Below, one piece after another: positions 10,611 through 20,459 of a stretch of 64,000 bases of DNA. Location: positions 96,001 to 160,000 of IMG/VR virus record IMGVR_UViG_3300043177_000122. One strand, written 5' to 3'. The stretch comes from a virus (Duplodnaviria > Caudoviricetes). The notes under the pieces are model-generated. The model saw nothing but the letters and a program-made list of their open reading frames with translations. It was not told the origin of the DNA and made no database searches. A program made the translations under genes and the position numbers. The first letter of the stretch is position 1, and the number at the start of each line of letters is the position of its first letter.

Positions 10611-11639
10611 ATGTTTATACTTGATAAAGTAGACCTTCAATTCAGGCTGATGGCCGATAAATTATTCTTTACTGATAATACAGATTTAGATTTATCCAAT
10701 TTCAAATCTTTATTTGAGAGTAATGAGTTTCATTATAATTACTTACTAGATCGATTTCATCGTAGCTTAGAGATATTTTGGGATGAAAATTTTTGGATTG
10801 ATCGTTTGGATACGCTTCTATCTTTGAATTCCAAACGACTTGATTCTGAAGTTGGTCAAATTCTACTATCTAGATTTAAAAGGATGATTGATATTCGTAT
10901 CAATCCAACTCCGAAAATAGATAGTGAATTTGTCCAATTTAATGCTTGGACCAAAGTTCGTGTCGCTAGAAAAGAAGAAATTATCTCCATCAGGGATTTT
11001 TTTACTAACCTAGTATATACTGTTAAAGTTGGTAAGCTAACTAATATCATTGGTCATTTTATTCCTCATTTGTTCCAAAATATGGAGGAGTATCTTTGTT
11101 TATTGGGCAAGAGGGTGGCTGAATCTGCTCGTAGCTTTGAAGTACTTCAGCAATTGGAGGGCCAAGGCATAACAATTGATAAAGCTCCCCTTTTTAAACT
11201 ATCTAAAAACTTGCTCTTAAAAAGAGCTTTGAATAAACCAAATAAGCGTTCACTTTTTGTTTTAATGAGCGATCCCGCTATTATGGATCATCTCAAATCA
11301 GAGTATAGCTCAAATGATCGTGGTAGGCTTATTGCCATTATTAAATCTTGTGAGCACAAAGATATTGAAGAGAATCACTTACGAAATGTGAAAAATCTAT
11401 TAGAGTTAGATCCTTCAATTGCTGATGAGTTATTTGTTATTTATGCTAACAAATTATGGGCTCGTGGCACAGGTAATCGTGGAGCTAATGTGAAAAAACT
11501 TGTTAGACTTTGCAAAACATTTCCTATTTTCTCTCCAAAAAAAGCATTAGTTTATCTTTCTACTACAGGCAAAATGGCTGACATCAAAACTCTGATAACG
11601 GCATTTCCTGAACTAAAAACATTGGCCCCATTCATATGA
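10611..11639 (+). CDS. Hypothetical alpha-helical protein
   Basis: 342-aa ORF; GATATAAA motif 6 nt before ATG. Confidence 0.7.
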   Translation: MFILDKVDLQFRLMADKLFFTDNTDLDLSNFKSLFESNEFHYNYLLDRFHRSLEIFWDENFWIDRLDTLLSLNSKRLDSEVGQILLSRFKRMIDIRINPTPKIDSEFVQFNAWTKVRVARKEEIISIRDFFTNLVYTVKVGKLTNIIGHFIPHLFQNMEEYLCLLGKRVAESARSFEVLQQLEGQGITIDKAPLFKLSKNLLLKRALNKPNKRSLFVLMSDPAIMDHLKSEYSSNDRGRLIAIIKSCEHKDIEENHLRNVKNLLELDPSIADELFVIYANKLWARGTGNRGANVKKLVRLCKTFPIFSPKKALVYLSTTGKMADIKTLITAFPELKTLAPFI

Positions 11640-11830
11640 TTTGGAATGAACTACCATATGAGCTACAACAAAAAGTTATCAATAGAATTGTAACATTATT
11701 AGAACATGAAGACGATGATTTGATGCAAGATGGTCTGATTGCCGCAGTTCATGAATTGGAAGTGTGGAGTAATACTCCTTGTGAAATAATGGGAGAATAT
11801 GGTTTCCCAGAAAAGGATCCCTTCAAATGA
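11636..11830 (+). CDS. Hypothetical protein
   Basis: 64-aa ORF, ATGA-coupled on both sides. Confidence 0.6.
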   Translation: MIWNELPYELQQKVINRIVTLLEHEDDDLMQDGLIAAVHELEVWSNTPCEIMGEYGFPEKDPFK

Positions 11831-12162
11831 TATTAGTAACAGAGAAGGCCGCTCTTAAAATCAAAGATATTTCAGATTCGGAAGGAATTGGACACTATAA
11901 TGTTCGCATTCGAGTTGTAGGTGGTGGTTGTGCCGGATTCACTCACGATATGTACTTTGAAGAGAAGATAAATGACATGGATGAAGTAGTAGAATTAACC
12001 GACTTCTACGGCACTATTAAAGTGGTCGTAGATCCAGTTTCTTTTCAATATTTAGAAAATGTAACAATAGATTGGGAAGATAGAGATTTTGCGTCAGGCT
12101 TTAGATTTATTAATCCTAATGTTACAGGCTCTTGCGGTTGTGGTAGCTCTGTGTCGTTTTAA
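11827..12162 (+). CDS. iscA: A-type Fe-S carrier (IscA/ErpA/HesB family), copy 1
   Basis: GGGCAG and NPN...CGCGSS motifs. Confidence 0.9.
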   Translation: MILVTEKAALKIKDISDSEGIGHYNVRIRVVGGGCAGFTHDMYFEEKINDMDEVVELTDFYGTIKVVVDPVSFQYLENVTIDWEDRDFASGFRFINPNVTGSCGCGSSVSF

Positions 12163-12170
12163 GGTTAGTT

Positions 12171-12482
12171 ATGGAGAATTTAGAAGAAGCATTATCTTGG
12201 TTGAAAAATACTGATAATCACCATGCGTTTGCCAGTAATCGTTTTGATAGTAATAGTGATGCTATTGAATTTGTAGAGACACTTTATGCTGCTGGTGCAA
12301 CTAAAGTTGAAATAGAAGTTGATGATTATCGAGATGACGATTACGCAGACACAATCTATATTACTTTGCCTGATGATCTTCATAAGCGCCTAGATATTGT
12401 TCCTATAGTTTTCAGATATAGACCAGATGAATTTGATGATGATTGGAATGGTACAGAACCAATTAGATTATGGTGGGATTAA
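12171..12482 (+). CDS. Hypothetical acidic protein ending LWWD
   Basis: 103-aa ORF with SD; ASNRF...YAAGA...YADT...LWWD. Confidence 0.65.
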   Translation: MENLEEALSWLKNTDNHHAFASNRFDSNSDAIEFVETLYAAGATKVEIEVDDYRDDDYADTIYITLPDDLHKRLDIVPIVFRYRPDEFDDDWNGTEPIRLWWD

Positions 12483-12485
12483 ATT

Positions 12486-12809
12486 ATGGTAATTGTGGTT
12501 CCGCAAATGCAAAATCAAAAAAACATGTGATGGCTCTTTCGTTCGCATTCCATCTGAAAAACTAAAGAATGGCGTAAAAGTATTTGGTCCAAAATCTTTG
12601 GCTACAAAGAGCGTCCCGAACCAACTGATGAAGAACTTATAAAAATGCATGAGGGCAGCGGCACTCCAGGACTGATTTGGTTTCCAGAAACTTTCTGGAT
12701 TGACTATAGGTATGAGAAAAATATAGAAGTTGCCCATCGCCTACTCAATGCAGCCTCATATGCAGATGAGGTGGCCGTCTCTACACAAGATTTAGAAAGA
12801 TTGATATGA
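12486..12809 (+). pseudogene. Frameshifted hypothetical gene
   Basis: Protein-like segments in different frames (KCKIKKTCDGSFVRIPSEK / TKEWRKSIWSKIFG...LERLI*) joined at an A5 run; stop overlaps the next ATG. Confidence 0.45.
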
Positions 12810-13120
12810 ATTCTTGGTCGTTAGCAGAAGCTTTGGTTTTTGCTAATTCATTTCGTGAATTCTTAATACCACTAGGTTTTGATATTGCTTTAACCAGAAG
12901 TGTTCTGACTAAAGGTTTCAGCGAAAAGGATATAGATATAATAATCTATCCTTTAAAGAAGATATCATCTAACTACACTAAACTATTAGAAGAGCTTCCT
13001 AAATTTGGTTTGAAATATATCCGACTTCCTAATCATAATAAAGGTTATCAGGATGATGGAAAGAATGTTCAAGTTTGGGAATACAAAAATAAACGTGCAG
13101 ATTTATTCTTTTGGAGTTAA
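12806..13120 (+). CDS. Minimal nucleotidyltransferase-like protein
   Basis: ALTRSV...G.SEKDIDIII, pol-beta-like motif (Gly replaced by Arg). Confidence 0.55.
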   Translation: MNSWSLAEALVFANSFREFLIPLGFDIALTRSVLTKGFSEKDIDIIIYPLKKISSNYTKLLEELPKFGLKYIRLPNHNKGYQDDGKNVQVWEYKNKRADLFFWS

Positions 13121-13122
13121 CT

Positions 13123-14235
13123 ATGAATAAGCATCCTGTACTAGATTTAATTGTGAAAAAGAGTCCGCACCTAAGCTGGATTCAAGATAACACCGCGCTA
13201 TTAGTGCGTCATGGCTCTCATGCTTATGGCACTAACACTCCCTCTTCTGACGAAGACTTTAAGGGCATTGCAATCCCTACTAAGAAGTATTTCTTGGGCA
13301 CTATGCATCGTTTTGAGCAAGCCGAATTAAAAGCGCCTGATCCTGATGCTGTCATCTATGACATTAGGAAGTTTTTCAATTTGGCCGCTGATTGTAATCC
13401 TAACATCATTGAGGTATTGCATACTGATCCGTCTGACCATTTTCTTGTAAGCCCTATTGGTGAAGAAATTCTGGCTCATAAGGACGATTTTCTTTCCAAG
13501 AAGATCAAGTTTACCTTTATGGGTTATTCAGTAGCTCAACTTAAGAGAATCAAGACTCATAAGCGATGGATTATGAATCCACCCAAAGAACCACCAACGA
13601 GAGCTAGTTTGGGTTTACCTGAACAAACTTTGATTCCTGCTGACCAGTTAATGGCAGCCCAAGCCGAAGTGCAAAAAGAATTGGATAGATTCCAGTTTGA
13701 TTTCATGGAAGGTATGGAAGAGTCTGCTAAGGTCGGTTTGCGCAGTACGGTCTCAGAGATGTTAGCGGAATTGAAAATTACTTCCGATCAGCACTGGGAG
13801 GCTGCCGCTCGTAAGATTGGGTTAAGTGATAACCTAATTCTTGTTATGCAACGAGAACGCGAGTATGCTGGCGCCAAACGAGAATGGGACCAATATCAGA
13901 ATTGGAAGAAGACCCGTAACCCAGCTAGGGCCGCTTTGGAAGAAAAGTCTGGTTATGATACCAAACATGCTTATCATTTAGTTAGACTGATTCGTATGTG
14001 CCGCGAAATTCTAACTACTGGCAAGGTTTTAGTAAAACGACCTGACAGAGAAGAGTTGCTCACTATTCGTAATGGAGCTTGGTCGTATGAACAGTTGATT
14101 GAATTCGCTGACCGAGAGGAAAGAGAATTAAATGAATTGTATAATACTACCACAATCCTTCCTAAGATGCCTGATAAAGATAAACTAGATCAGTTGTGTA
14201 TTCGATTGGTTGAGCGCTCTTTGTCTGGTGTATAA
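13123..14235 (+). CDS. Nucleotidyltransferase (pol-beta superfamily, phage Nuc-transf type)
   Basis: HGSHAYGTNTPSSDEDFKG, NPNIIE, YDTKHAYHLVRL. Confidence 0.85.
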   Translation: MNKHPVLDLIVKKSPHLSWIQDNTALLVRHGSHAYGTNTPSSDEDFKGIAIPTKKYFLGTMHRFEQAELKAPDPDAVIYDIRKFFNLAADCNPNIIEVLHTDPSDHFLVSPIGEEILAHKDDFLSKKIKFTFMGYSVAQLKRIKTHKRWIMNPPKEPPTRASLGLPEQTLIPADQLMAAQAEVQKELDRFQFDFMEGMEESAKVGLRSTVSEMLAELKITSDQHWEAAARKIGLSDNLILVMQREREYAGAKREWDQYQNWKKTRNPARAALEEKSGYDTKHAYHLVRLIRMCREILTTGKVLVKRPDREELLTIRNGAWSYEQLIEFADREERELNELYNTTTILPKMPDKDKLDQLCIRLVERSLSGV

Positions 14236-14253
14236 TTTCGTATCTAAGTACAT

Positions 14254-14601
14254 ATGGAAACCGAGAAAACTAATCACATTTCTATCTCATTTGCTGCTGC
14301 TGAACAAGTTAAGTTGCAACTTGAAAAGCGAGCAACTCCAGAGTCTTATATAAGGCTTGGAATTAAGGGTGGTGGTTGTTCTGGATTTTCATACGTACTT
14401 AGATTCGAGGATGATTCTCCAAAAGACCGCGATGTTGTGTTTGAACAATATGGTGTTAAAATTGTAGTTGATAAAAAGAGCTTAGTTTATCTTAACGGAG
14501 CCACACTAGATTGGGAGAAGACACTGATGAAACAAGGTTTCAAATTTGTTAATCCAAACGAAAAAGCTAGTTGTGGTTGCGGTCACTCTTTTACAGTCTA
14601 A
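14254..14601 (+). CDS. iscA: A-type Fe-S carrier (IscA/HesB family), copy 2
   Basis: GGGCSGFSY and NPNEKASCGCGHSF. Confidence 0.92.
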   Translation: METEKTNHISISFAAAEQVKLQLEKRATPESYIRLGIKGGGCSGFSYVLRFEDDSPKDRDVVFEQYGVKIVVDKKSLVYLNGATLDWEKTLMKQGFKFVNPNEKASCGCGHSFTV

Positions 14602-14614
14602 TAAAGGAATACAT

Positions 14615-14839
14615 ATGATTCACGGAATCTACTTGAGAAGCACGCCAAAAACCAAGTGGCTTTTGGTATCTCAGACCATTTCGCCAGAGATGGCCCATAT
14701 GGAAGTTGAAGCACTCAAAAAGCAGGCGGCCGAAGATGGTTTTGATCGTGCTGAAGTGGCTATTCAAACTTTTGATTCCGCTTTCTATATTCCAGAAACA
14801 TTAGTTGAACTCAAGGAACGGGAAATTCTGTTTAATTAA
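14615..14839 (+). CDS. Hypothetical protein
   Basis: AAGGA SD before ATG 14615. Confidence 0.6.
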   Translation: MIHGIYLRSTPKTKWLLVSQTISPEMAHMEVEALKKQAAEDGFDRAEVAIQTFDSAFYIPETLVELKEREILFN

Positions 14840-14841
14840 TC

Positions 14842-15765
14842 ATGAGTAAATTTGAAGATCTTCTTTATCAATTAGAAGAGGATAGTATAACTAAGAAGCA
14901 AATAGATCGTTTTGTATCATTCTTTAAGAATGACAATCTCTATAAGCCATTATTTGATAGTTACGTTTCACGGCGGCTACACAATAATATCCACCCTGAA
15001 CGACTATTAAATATGGCTTACAATATGGAAAAACACGAAACTACAAAATATCTTAGTGAGGCAATCAATGACCGGATAGCTGATAGTATAATTCTTAAAG
15101 ACGAGAATTATGATCAGTTTTATTTTATGTATCGACACGATACTCGTGATGAGTATCACATATTCAAAACTTTATTATCTAAACTAGGAGATCGTTTAGA
15201 TGATAATGTTATTAAAGTAATAAACACAATTGCTCCTATTATTAAACGAGACAAATTTGATTTGATGATTGAAGCTTTGGGGACTTTTGAATTTGGAAAT
15301 TTTCGAACCATACTATTTATGGATCGACTTTCGGCTGAAGAGCAATATTTATTAGTATCCAAAGCTTTAGAGAAAGAAAGTATTGCCGGTCTTCGTATGC
15401 TTAGATTGTCTAACAATAACCTAAAAAACGAAATACAGAAAAAAGTTGATAACGATGGAGACAAAAGTATTTTTGCCACAGCACTTAAGAATACTCTCAT
15501 TCCAATTGATACGTTAGAGGGCAATGAGTTTATAAATTTTGTTATTTCTATGTATGGAGATAAGATGCCTGCTACATTAGGTAGATTATATGTGCGGGCA
15601 GAAAAAGAGAATAGATATGAATATCTAATTACTCTTGGGAAACATAAAAATAAGAAAGATGTATTACGGACTATTTGTAAGGCCAATGATAAAAAGCTGA
15701 TTGATCGTTTCTTTTCCATCTATAAGAATAGTCCAGAGGTCAAACATCTAGTTCCTTTCTTGTGA
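14842..15765 (+). CDS. Hypothetical alpha-helical protein
   Basis: 307-aa ORF; C-terminus resembles that of 10611..11639. Confidence 0.7.
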   Translation: MSKFEDLLYQLEEDSITKKQIDRFVSFFKNDNLYKPLFDSYVSRRLHNNIHPERLLNMAYNMEKHETTKYLSEAINDRIADSIILKDENYDQFYFMYRHDTRDEYHIFKTLLSKLGDRLDDNVIKVINTIAPIIKRDKFDLMIEALGTFEFGNFRTILFMDRLSAEEQYLLVSKALEKESIAGLRMLRLSNNNLKNEIQKKVDNDGDKSIFATALKNTLIPIDTLEGNEFINFVISMYGDKMPATLGRLYVRAEKENRYEYLITLGKHKNKKDVLRTICKANDKKLIDRFFSIYKNSPEVKHLVPFL

Positions 15766-15804
15766 GATATCTGTTATATAGTCATGTGATATCCTAAGGG
15801 AAAC

Positions 15805-16911
15805 ATGACAAATGCGTTAAACTTACAAGAATTAGATCAAGAGCAGGCGCTCAATCTTACTAAATTCTTTATCCAATCAAAACATAATGTCTTTTTATTT
15901 GGAAGGCGTGGTGTTGGCAAGACTGATATTGCAATTCAAGCTGCTAAAGAATGTGGCTATAAAGTTAATTATATTAACCTAAGTGTAATAGAAAGACCAG
16001 ATTTAGCGGGCTATCCAGATATGAATGCGCCAGGTGATGTGATTAATTTCAAATCGCCTTATTTCTTACCCAAACTATTAGATGGTTATGAATCGGATAG
16101 TGTAATTCTTTTTGATGAAGTAGACAAGGCACAACCAGAAGTAACGGCTCCATTGTTGGAAATTCTACTATTCAAAAAAATCAATGGTATGCCAATCAAC
16201 GCAACCTCTTGTATATTAACCGGCAATCTAGCAAATGAAGGCGCCTATTCCAATGAGATAAGTTCAGCACTCTTGGATCGTGGCGCCAAATTCATTTTGC
16301 AATTTAATTTTGAGAAATGGGTTGATTGGGCCAAAGCACATAATGTACATGATCTTATTTTAGGGTTTTTACGCAGCGATCCTGAGTTTGCATGTGGGAA
16401 AGAAGAAAATACACTTTACGCCTCACCATCTCCAAGAAGTTGGACATGGGCATCAGATGCGCTACTGCGTGCCAAAGACCTCAAAGTGTCGGATATAGAC
16501 TCCGTCACCCAAATCATTTCTGGATATGTTGGAAGTGAGGCCGGGCTGAGATTCAAAATATGGTATGAACATTATCGTAAATTTGAACCTCACGTTCATT
16601 CTTTAATTGACCGTAGCGAAATGTCTCTCAATTATAGCGACTTAATGCCCACTGAAAAAGTAGTCTTTGTAGTGTCGGCATGTTATTACACAAAACAACG
16701 TGTCTTCAAAGACAGATCTAAGAATAGGTTTGCATATCTAGAGAACCTATGTAACTTCTTTCAACAATGTAAGGTAGAGCCTGAAGTTCAAATTATGGGG
16801 CTTCATAACTCTTTTGATTTTGATATGATTAGAGAACACAATTTGTATAAGTGTAAACCCTTTTTCGATCTCTTTACTAAGCTGAGTGAAAACGTTACGT
16901 TCAAGAAGTAA
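15805..16911 (+). CDS. MoxR-like AAA+ ATPase (copy 2)
   Basis: GRRGVGKT, LFDEVDK, TGN, PSPRSW; clear paralog of 1249..2379. Confidence 0.85.
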   Translation: MTNALNLQELDQEQALNLTKFFIQSKHNVFLFGRRGVGKTDIAIQAAKECGYKVNYINLSVIERPDLAGYPDMNAPGDVINFKSPYFLPKLLDGYESDSVILFDEVDKAQPEVTAPLLEILLFKKINGMPINATSCILTGNLANEGAYSNEISSALLDRGAKFILQFNFEKWVDWAKAHNVHDLILGFLRSDPEFACGKEENTLYASPSPRSWTWASDALLRAKDLKVSDIDSVTQIISGYVGSEAGLRFKIWYEHYRKFEPHVHSLIDRSEMSLNYSDLMPTEKVVFVVSACYYTKQRVFKDRSKNRFAYLENLCNFFQQCKVEPEVQIMGLHNSFDFDMIREHNLYKCKPFFDLFTKLSENVTFKK

Positions 16912-16921
16912 TGACGCGCCC

Positions 16922-16949
16922 TTGACATCCTAATTATAGGATTTATGTT
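16922..16949 (+). promoter_or_regulatory. Sigma70-like promoter
   Basis: CGCGCCC-TTGACA-N16-TATGTT. Confidence 0.5.
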
Positions 16950-16966
16950 CTTATTTGTGAGGTTGT

Positions 16967-17290
16967 ATGAGTAATGTTGTTCATGTAGATGATAAAAATT
17001 TCGAAACTGAAGTCCTTCAATCTGAAGTCCCGGTTTTGGTAGATTTTGGAGCCGCGTGGTGCGGACCTTGTCAAAGACAACTACCTATTGTTGAAAAGTT
17101 TGCAACCGATAACGGAAACGTAAAAGTTTGCAAAGTAGATATTGATGATGCTCCAGTTGTAGCTTCTAAGCTCGGTATTCGTGGAGTTCCCACTTTAATG
17201 CTTTTTAATGAAGGGAAGTTTGTTGGTTCAAAAGTTGGATTAACTTCCCTAGCTGAGATTAGTAACTTTGTGCTTACTAAAACTGGCTGA
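16967..17290 (+). CDS. trxA: Thioredoxin
   Basis: WCGPC active site, IRGVPTL. Confidence 0.93.
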   Translation: MSNVVHVDDKNFETEVLQSEVPVLVDFGAAWCGPCQRQLPIVEKFATDNGNVKVCKVDIDDAPVVASKLGIRGVPTLMLFNEGKFVGSKVGLTSLAEISNFVLTKTG

Positions 17291-17349
17291 GATTGCTAAA
17301 TTACAATTTAATATGAAATGAGGGCCGGCGTTTGCTGGCTTTTTACTTT

Positions 17350-17607
17350 ATGGATATTCATACTGCTGCTAAATATATGTCCCATGGTTATAGGATAAAA
17401 CGAGCTGATTGGGATTCAAGAGTTTACCTATTCATTGGTTATCATGGTGGAGTTTTACAAGTAGATAGATGTATTCATCTCAATGGTGCGCCTGACACTT
17501 ACGAACCCGGCGATTGGTATCCAAGAATCCATGATATGATTGCTGATGATTGGGAATTAATTACTGAAGGTATTGTTATGTACTTTCCAGTTACTTACGA
17601 TAAATAA
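17350..17607 (+). CDS. DUF2829 / Tad2-like protein
   Basis: A...M..G.RIKR..W at the N-terminus and W.P...DMIADDWE, the DUF2829 signature. Confidence 0.6.
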   Translation: MDIHTAAKYMSHGYRIKRADWDSRVYLFIGYHGGVLQVDRCIHLNGAPDTYEPGDWYPRIHDMIADDWELITEGIVMYFPVTYDK

Positions 17608-17609
17608 TC

Positions 17610-18006
17610 ATGTTTACATTTTTAATAATTGTATTTAGTATAATTATCTACCTTGCTATAGCAGGCACAACACATGGTTATGCAAAACATCGTTGGCCGC
17701 CAAATGTCGTTAGGAGACAAGTTCTAGTAAACTACAGGTGGGAATGGCAAGACCATGATACTAATAGTGGTAACAGAAGTGCGTCCACTATATTTTGGCC
17801 TTTTTATTGGGTTTTTTATTTGGCCATTTACCAAGATGAATGAGATAGCTTTCTCTAAAATTGAGAAAAGTGCAGGAGCCAAAGTTGCTAAGAATAAAGT
17901 TCGTATTGCCGAACTGCGGGCAACTCGTGATCAGCTTAAATCATCTAATGATGAATTAGAGCAGGCCGAAGCTGAATTGGAAAAAGAAATTGCTGAATCT
18001 ATGTAA
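17610..18006 (+). CDS. Membrane protein with coiled-coil tail, split by a frameshift
   Basis: ORFs 17610..17843 and 17755..18006 join as FWPFYWVF-IWPFTK if one T is removed from T6 at 17812-17817. Confidence 0.55.
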
Positions 18007-18014
18007 GAGGGAAT

Positions 18015-18949
18015 ATGTCTCAAGTAAAAATGGTTGTTGGATTTCCAGCGTCTGGTAAAAGTACAGTTACAAAAGATCTAATTAAGAGTGGCGCAGTATC
18101 TCTCAACAGAGATACTGAAGGTGGAACCATTGCTAGTTTGCTCCCAAAATTAGAGCATCTTTTAAAAGACGGCAAGGATGTTGTACTTGATAATACTTTT
18201 CCTACCATTGAAGTTCGCAAACCATTTATTGAGCTGGCTAAAAAATATAATGCAGATATTAATTGTACACTAATGAGTACTTCAATTGAAGATGCTCAAT
18301 TCAATGTTGTGCAGCGTGCAATTGGTTTGATCGGAGAATTTCCAACACCAGAAACTATCAAGAAAGCTAAACATACAAACATTTTTCCTCCTACCGTCTT
18401 GTTTAAATACAAAAAAAGTTTCAAAAGCCGACCGTAGAAGAAGGGTTCTCTAAAGTAGAGATACATAAGTTTGTTCGACAGATCAATCCTGACTTTACTA
18501 ATAAGGCTTTGATTGTAGACTATGACGGCACTTTGCGCGAGTGTATTGGTGGAAATGGTAAATTTCCGGTAACCAAGGCTGAGATTGAAATTAAACCGGG
18601 ACGTACCAAAGTACTAGAAGAGTACCAAAAGAAAGGGTATCGTTTATTGGGAATTTCTAATCAAAGTGGTATAGCTAAGGGCGAGCTAAGTGATGTGGTA
18701 GCTCGTAGACTTTTTGAAGTAACTAACGACATGTTAGGCGTTGATATTGAAATTAGATACTGCCCTCATCAGTCAAATCCCATTGCGTGTTATTGCAGAA
18801 AGCCACAAACAGGTGTTTTGGTGGAATTTATGTTGAAGCATAAGCTAAATCTTAAAGAGTGTCTATTTGTAGGGGATATGACTACAGATGCAACCTGTGC
18901 TAAAAGGGCAGGGGTTCCATATGTAGATCAAGCAGAATTCTTTAAGTGA
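18015..18949 (+). CDS. Bifunctional P-loop kinase / HAD 3'-phosphatase (PNKP-like), split by a frameshift
   Basis: GFPASGKST kinase; DYDGT, SNQSG, CRKP, GDMTTD phosphatase; frames join at A7 run 18411-18417 (KKKFQKPTVEEGFSKVE). Confidence 0.75.
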
Positions 18950-19000
18950 TCTACTAATTTTTTGATATGTAGGAAACCAATTCTTAAAAAGGTTTCCTAC

Positions 19001-19528
19001 ATGAGTAATGTTAGAAGATGTATTCGCTGCAAAAAAGAAAAATCAGTTTCTGATTTTTATAATGAAAAAAGATGTCAATCCTGCAAAGATTACTATGATA
19101 CTTATTACAAGATCCATAGACAGCGGGAAATAGATCGAGCTAAAAATGTTCAGAATAAAGATAGAAATAAAACTAACGCCTATAAAAGAAAGCTCAATCG
19201 ACAAACTCCTCTAAACATTTGTTTACAGCAAGCTCGTAGGAGAGCTAAGTTAAAAGGTGTACCATTTGATATTACAATTGATGATTTAGAAATTCCTGAT
19301 GTATGTCCGGTTTTAGGAATACCCCTTCAAGTTAATACGGGTCATGCTAAAGAAAATTCTTACTCGCTTGATCGTATTATCCCAGAAAGGGGATATGTAA
19401 AAGGCAACGTTGCTGTTATAAGCTACAAAGCCAACACAATTAAGAATAATGCCACAATTGAAGATTTAGAAAAAGTTTTACAATGGTTAAGGTCCATTAA
19501 TGATAGCAATCATAGCACTACTAGTTAG
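19001..19528 (+). mobile_element. HNH-type homing endonuclease
   Basis: N-terminal CxxC repeats; SLDRIIPERGYVKGNVAVISYKAN. Confidence 0.8.
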
Positions 19529-19934
19529 TATAACTAGTTTATTTTTTACCATAATTTCTTTTTGGAAAAACTCTGCCAGAGTTAACATGAAAGTAACAAG
19601 AGGCAAAATAGGATGCATAGGACCATTGTGGAAAAATGCTCATGAAGTTTTGTATTTTACAGTAGCTAATGTTGGTGGTAAAAGGGTCAAACTGAATAAT
19701 ATTGTTATGATGGCTCTTGGTAAATCAGGAGGAATATTAGTAACTCCACATTTAACTCACGCCTTTACTCCCCAAGATATTGATCCTGGACAAGATGTTT
19801 CGTTTGAATTAGCTTTAAATTCAACTGTCGCGCCTGAATATATTAGGCTTATAAAATATGGGTATGAGTTTTATGGCTGCTTAAATGATGGTCGTCAAAT
19901 AAAATTTGAAGGTGATTTAGGAGTTTTCAAATGA
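19500..19934 (+). CDS. Hypothetical protein with N-terminal membrane anchor
   Basis: Hydrophobic first 22 aa. Confidence 0.6.
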   Translation: MIAIIALLVSITSLFFTIISFWKNSARVNMKVTRGKIGCIGPLWKNAHEVLYFTVANVGGKRVKLNNIVMMALGKSGGILVTPHLTHAFTPQDIDPGQDVSFELALNSTVAPEYIRLIKYGYEFYGCLNDGRQIKFEGDLGVFK

Positions 19935-20191
19935 AACGTAAATTCAAAATCACATTTGAAGTCGATTGTAAATATCCTTATATTGAAAAGGAAACTGAAA
20001 AGTTATCAAAAGCATTTGATCAATGGCTCAAAGACTGGTCCTCCCCCGACAGTTCTGGGCGTGATATAATCCCTGTATTATATGATAGGACAGATGAACA
20101 TCAACCGAATGGTACAGTTAGGGTTAAGATTATACGAGATGGAGAAGAGATTCTCAATGCTTGGTGGGATGAATTATCAAATGATTTCTGA
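19931..20191 (+). CDS. Hypothetical protein
   Basis: 86-aa coupled ORF. Confidence 0.6.
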   Translation: MKRKFKITFEVDCKYPYIEKETEKLSKAFDQWLKDWSSPDSSGRDIIPVLYDRTDEHQPNGTVRVKIIRDGEEILNAWWDELSNDF

Positions 20192-20459
20192 AGATGATTT
20201 AAAACCAGTTATCGAAATTGGTGAGGGCTTGATAAGTGCCGTTTATTACAACGATTTGTCTGGCGAAATAAGTATTGAGAATGAAGATTATGACCAAATC
20301 TTTTTCAGAGATGATGGTAAGCTTAAGCATCATATAGAATATTTAGAAGAAGAGATTGAAGCTTTGAAAAAAGCTTATTTCAATAATATGAAAGTTTTTA
20401 AACGCGCCATTTTTCTTTTGAAAAAAGAACAAGCTAAATTTAAAAAGGCAAAGAAATGA
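20181..20459 (+). CDS. Hypothetical protein
   Basis: Coupled ORF, ATG 20181. Confidence 0.55.
   Translation: MISEDDLKPVIEIGEGLISAVYYNDLSGEISIENEDYDQIFFRDDGKLKHHIEYLEEEIEALKKAYFNNMKVFKRAIFLLKKEQAKFKKAKK

Noticed and set aside
15156-15719. Long antisense ORFs (e.g. 15156..15719, 3074..3496, 20735..21151, 40685..41083)
   Set aside because: They are shadows of clearly coding opposite-strand genes, with no motifs or SD.
18405-18425. Programmed -1 frameshift at A7G in the kinase-phosphatase gene
   Set aside because: AAAAAAG is not in X-XXY-YYZ phase with the upstream frame, and similar homopolymer breaks occur throughout the window.
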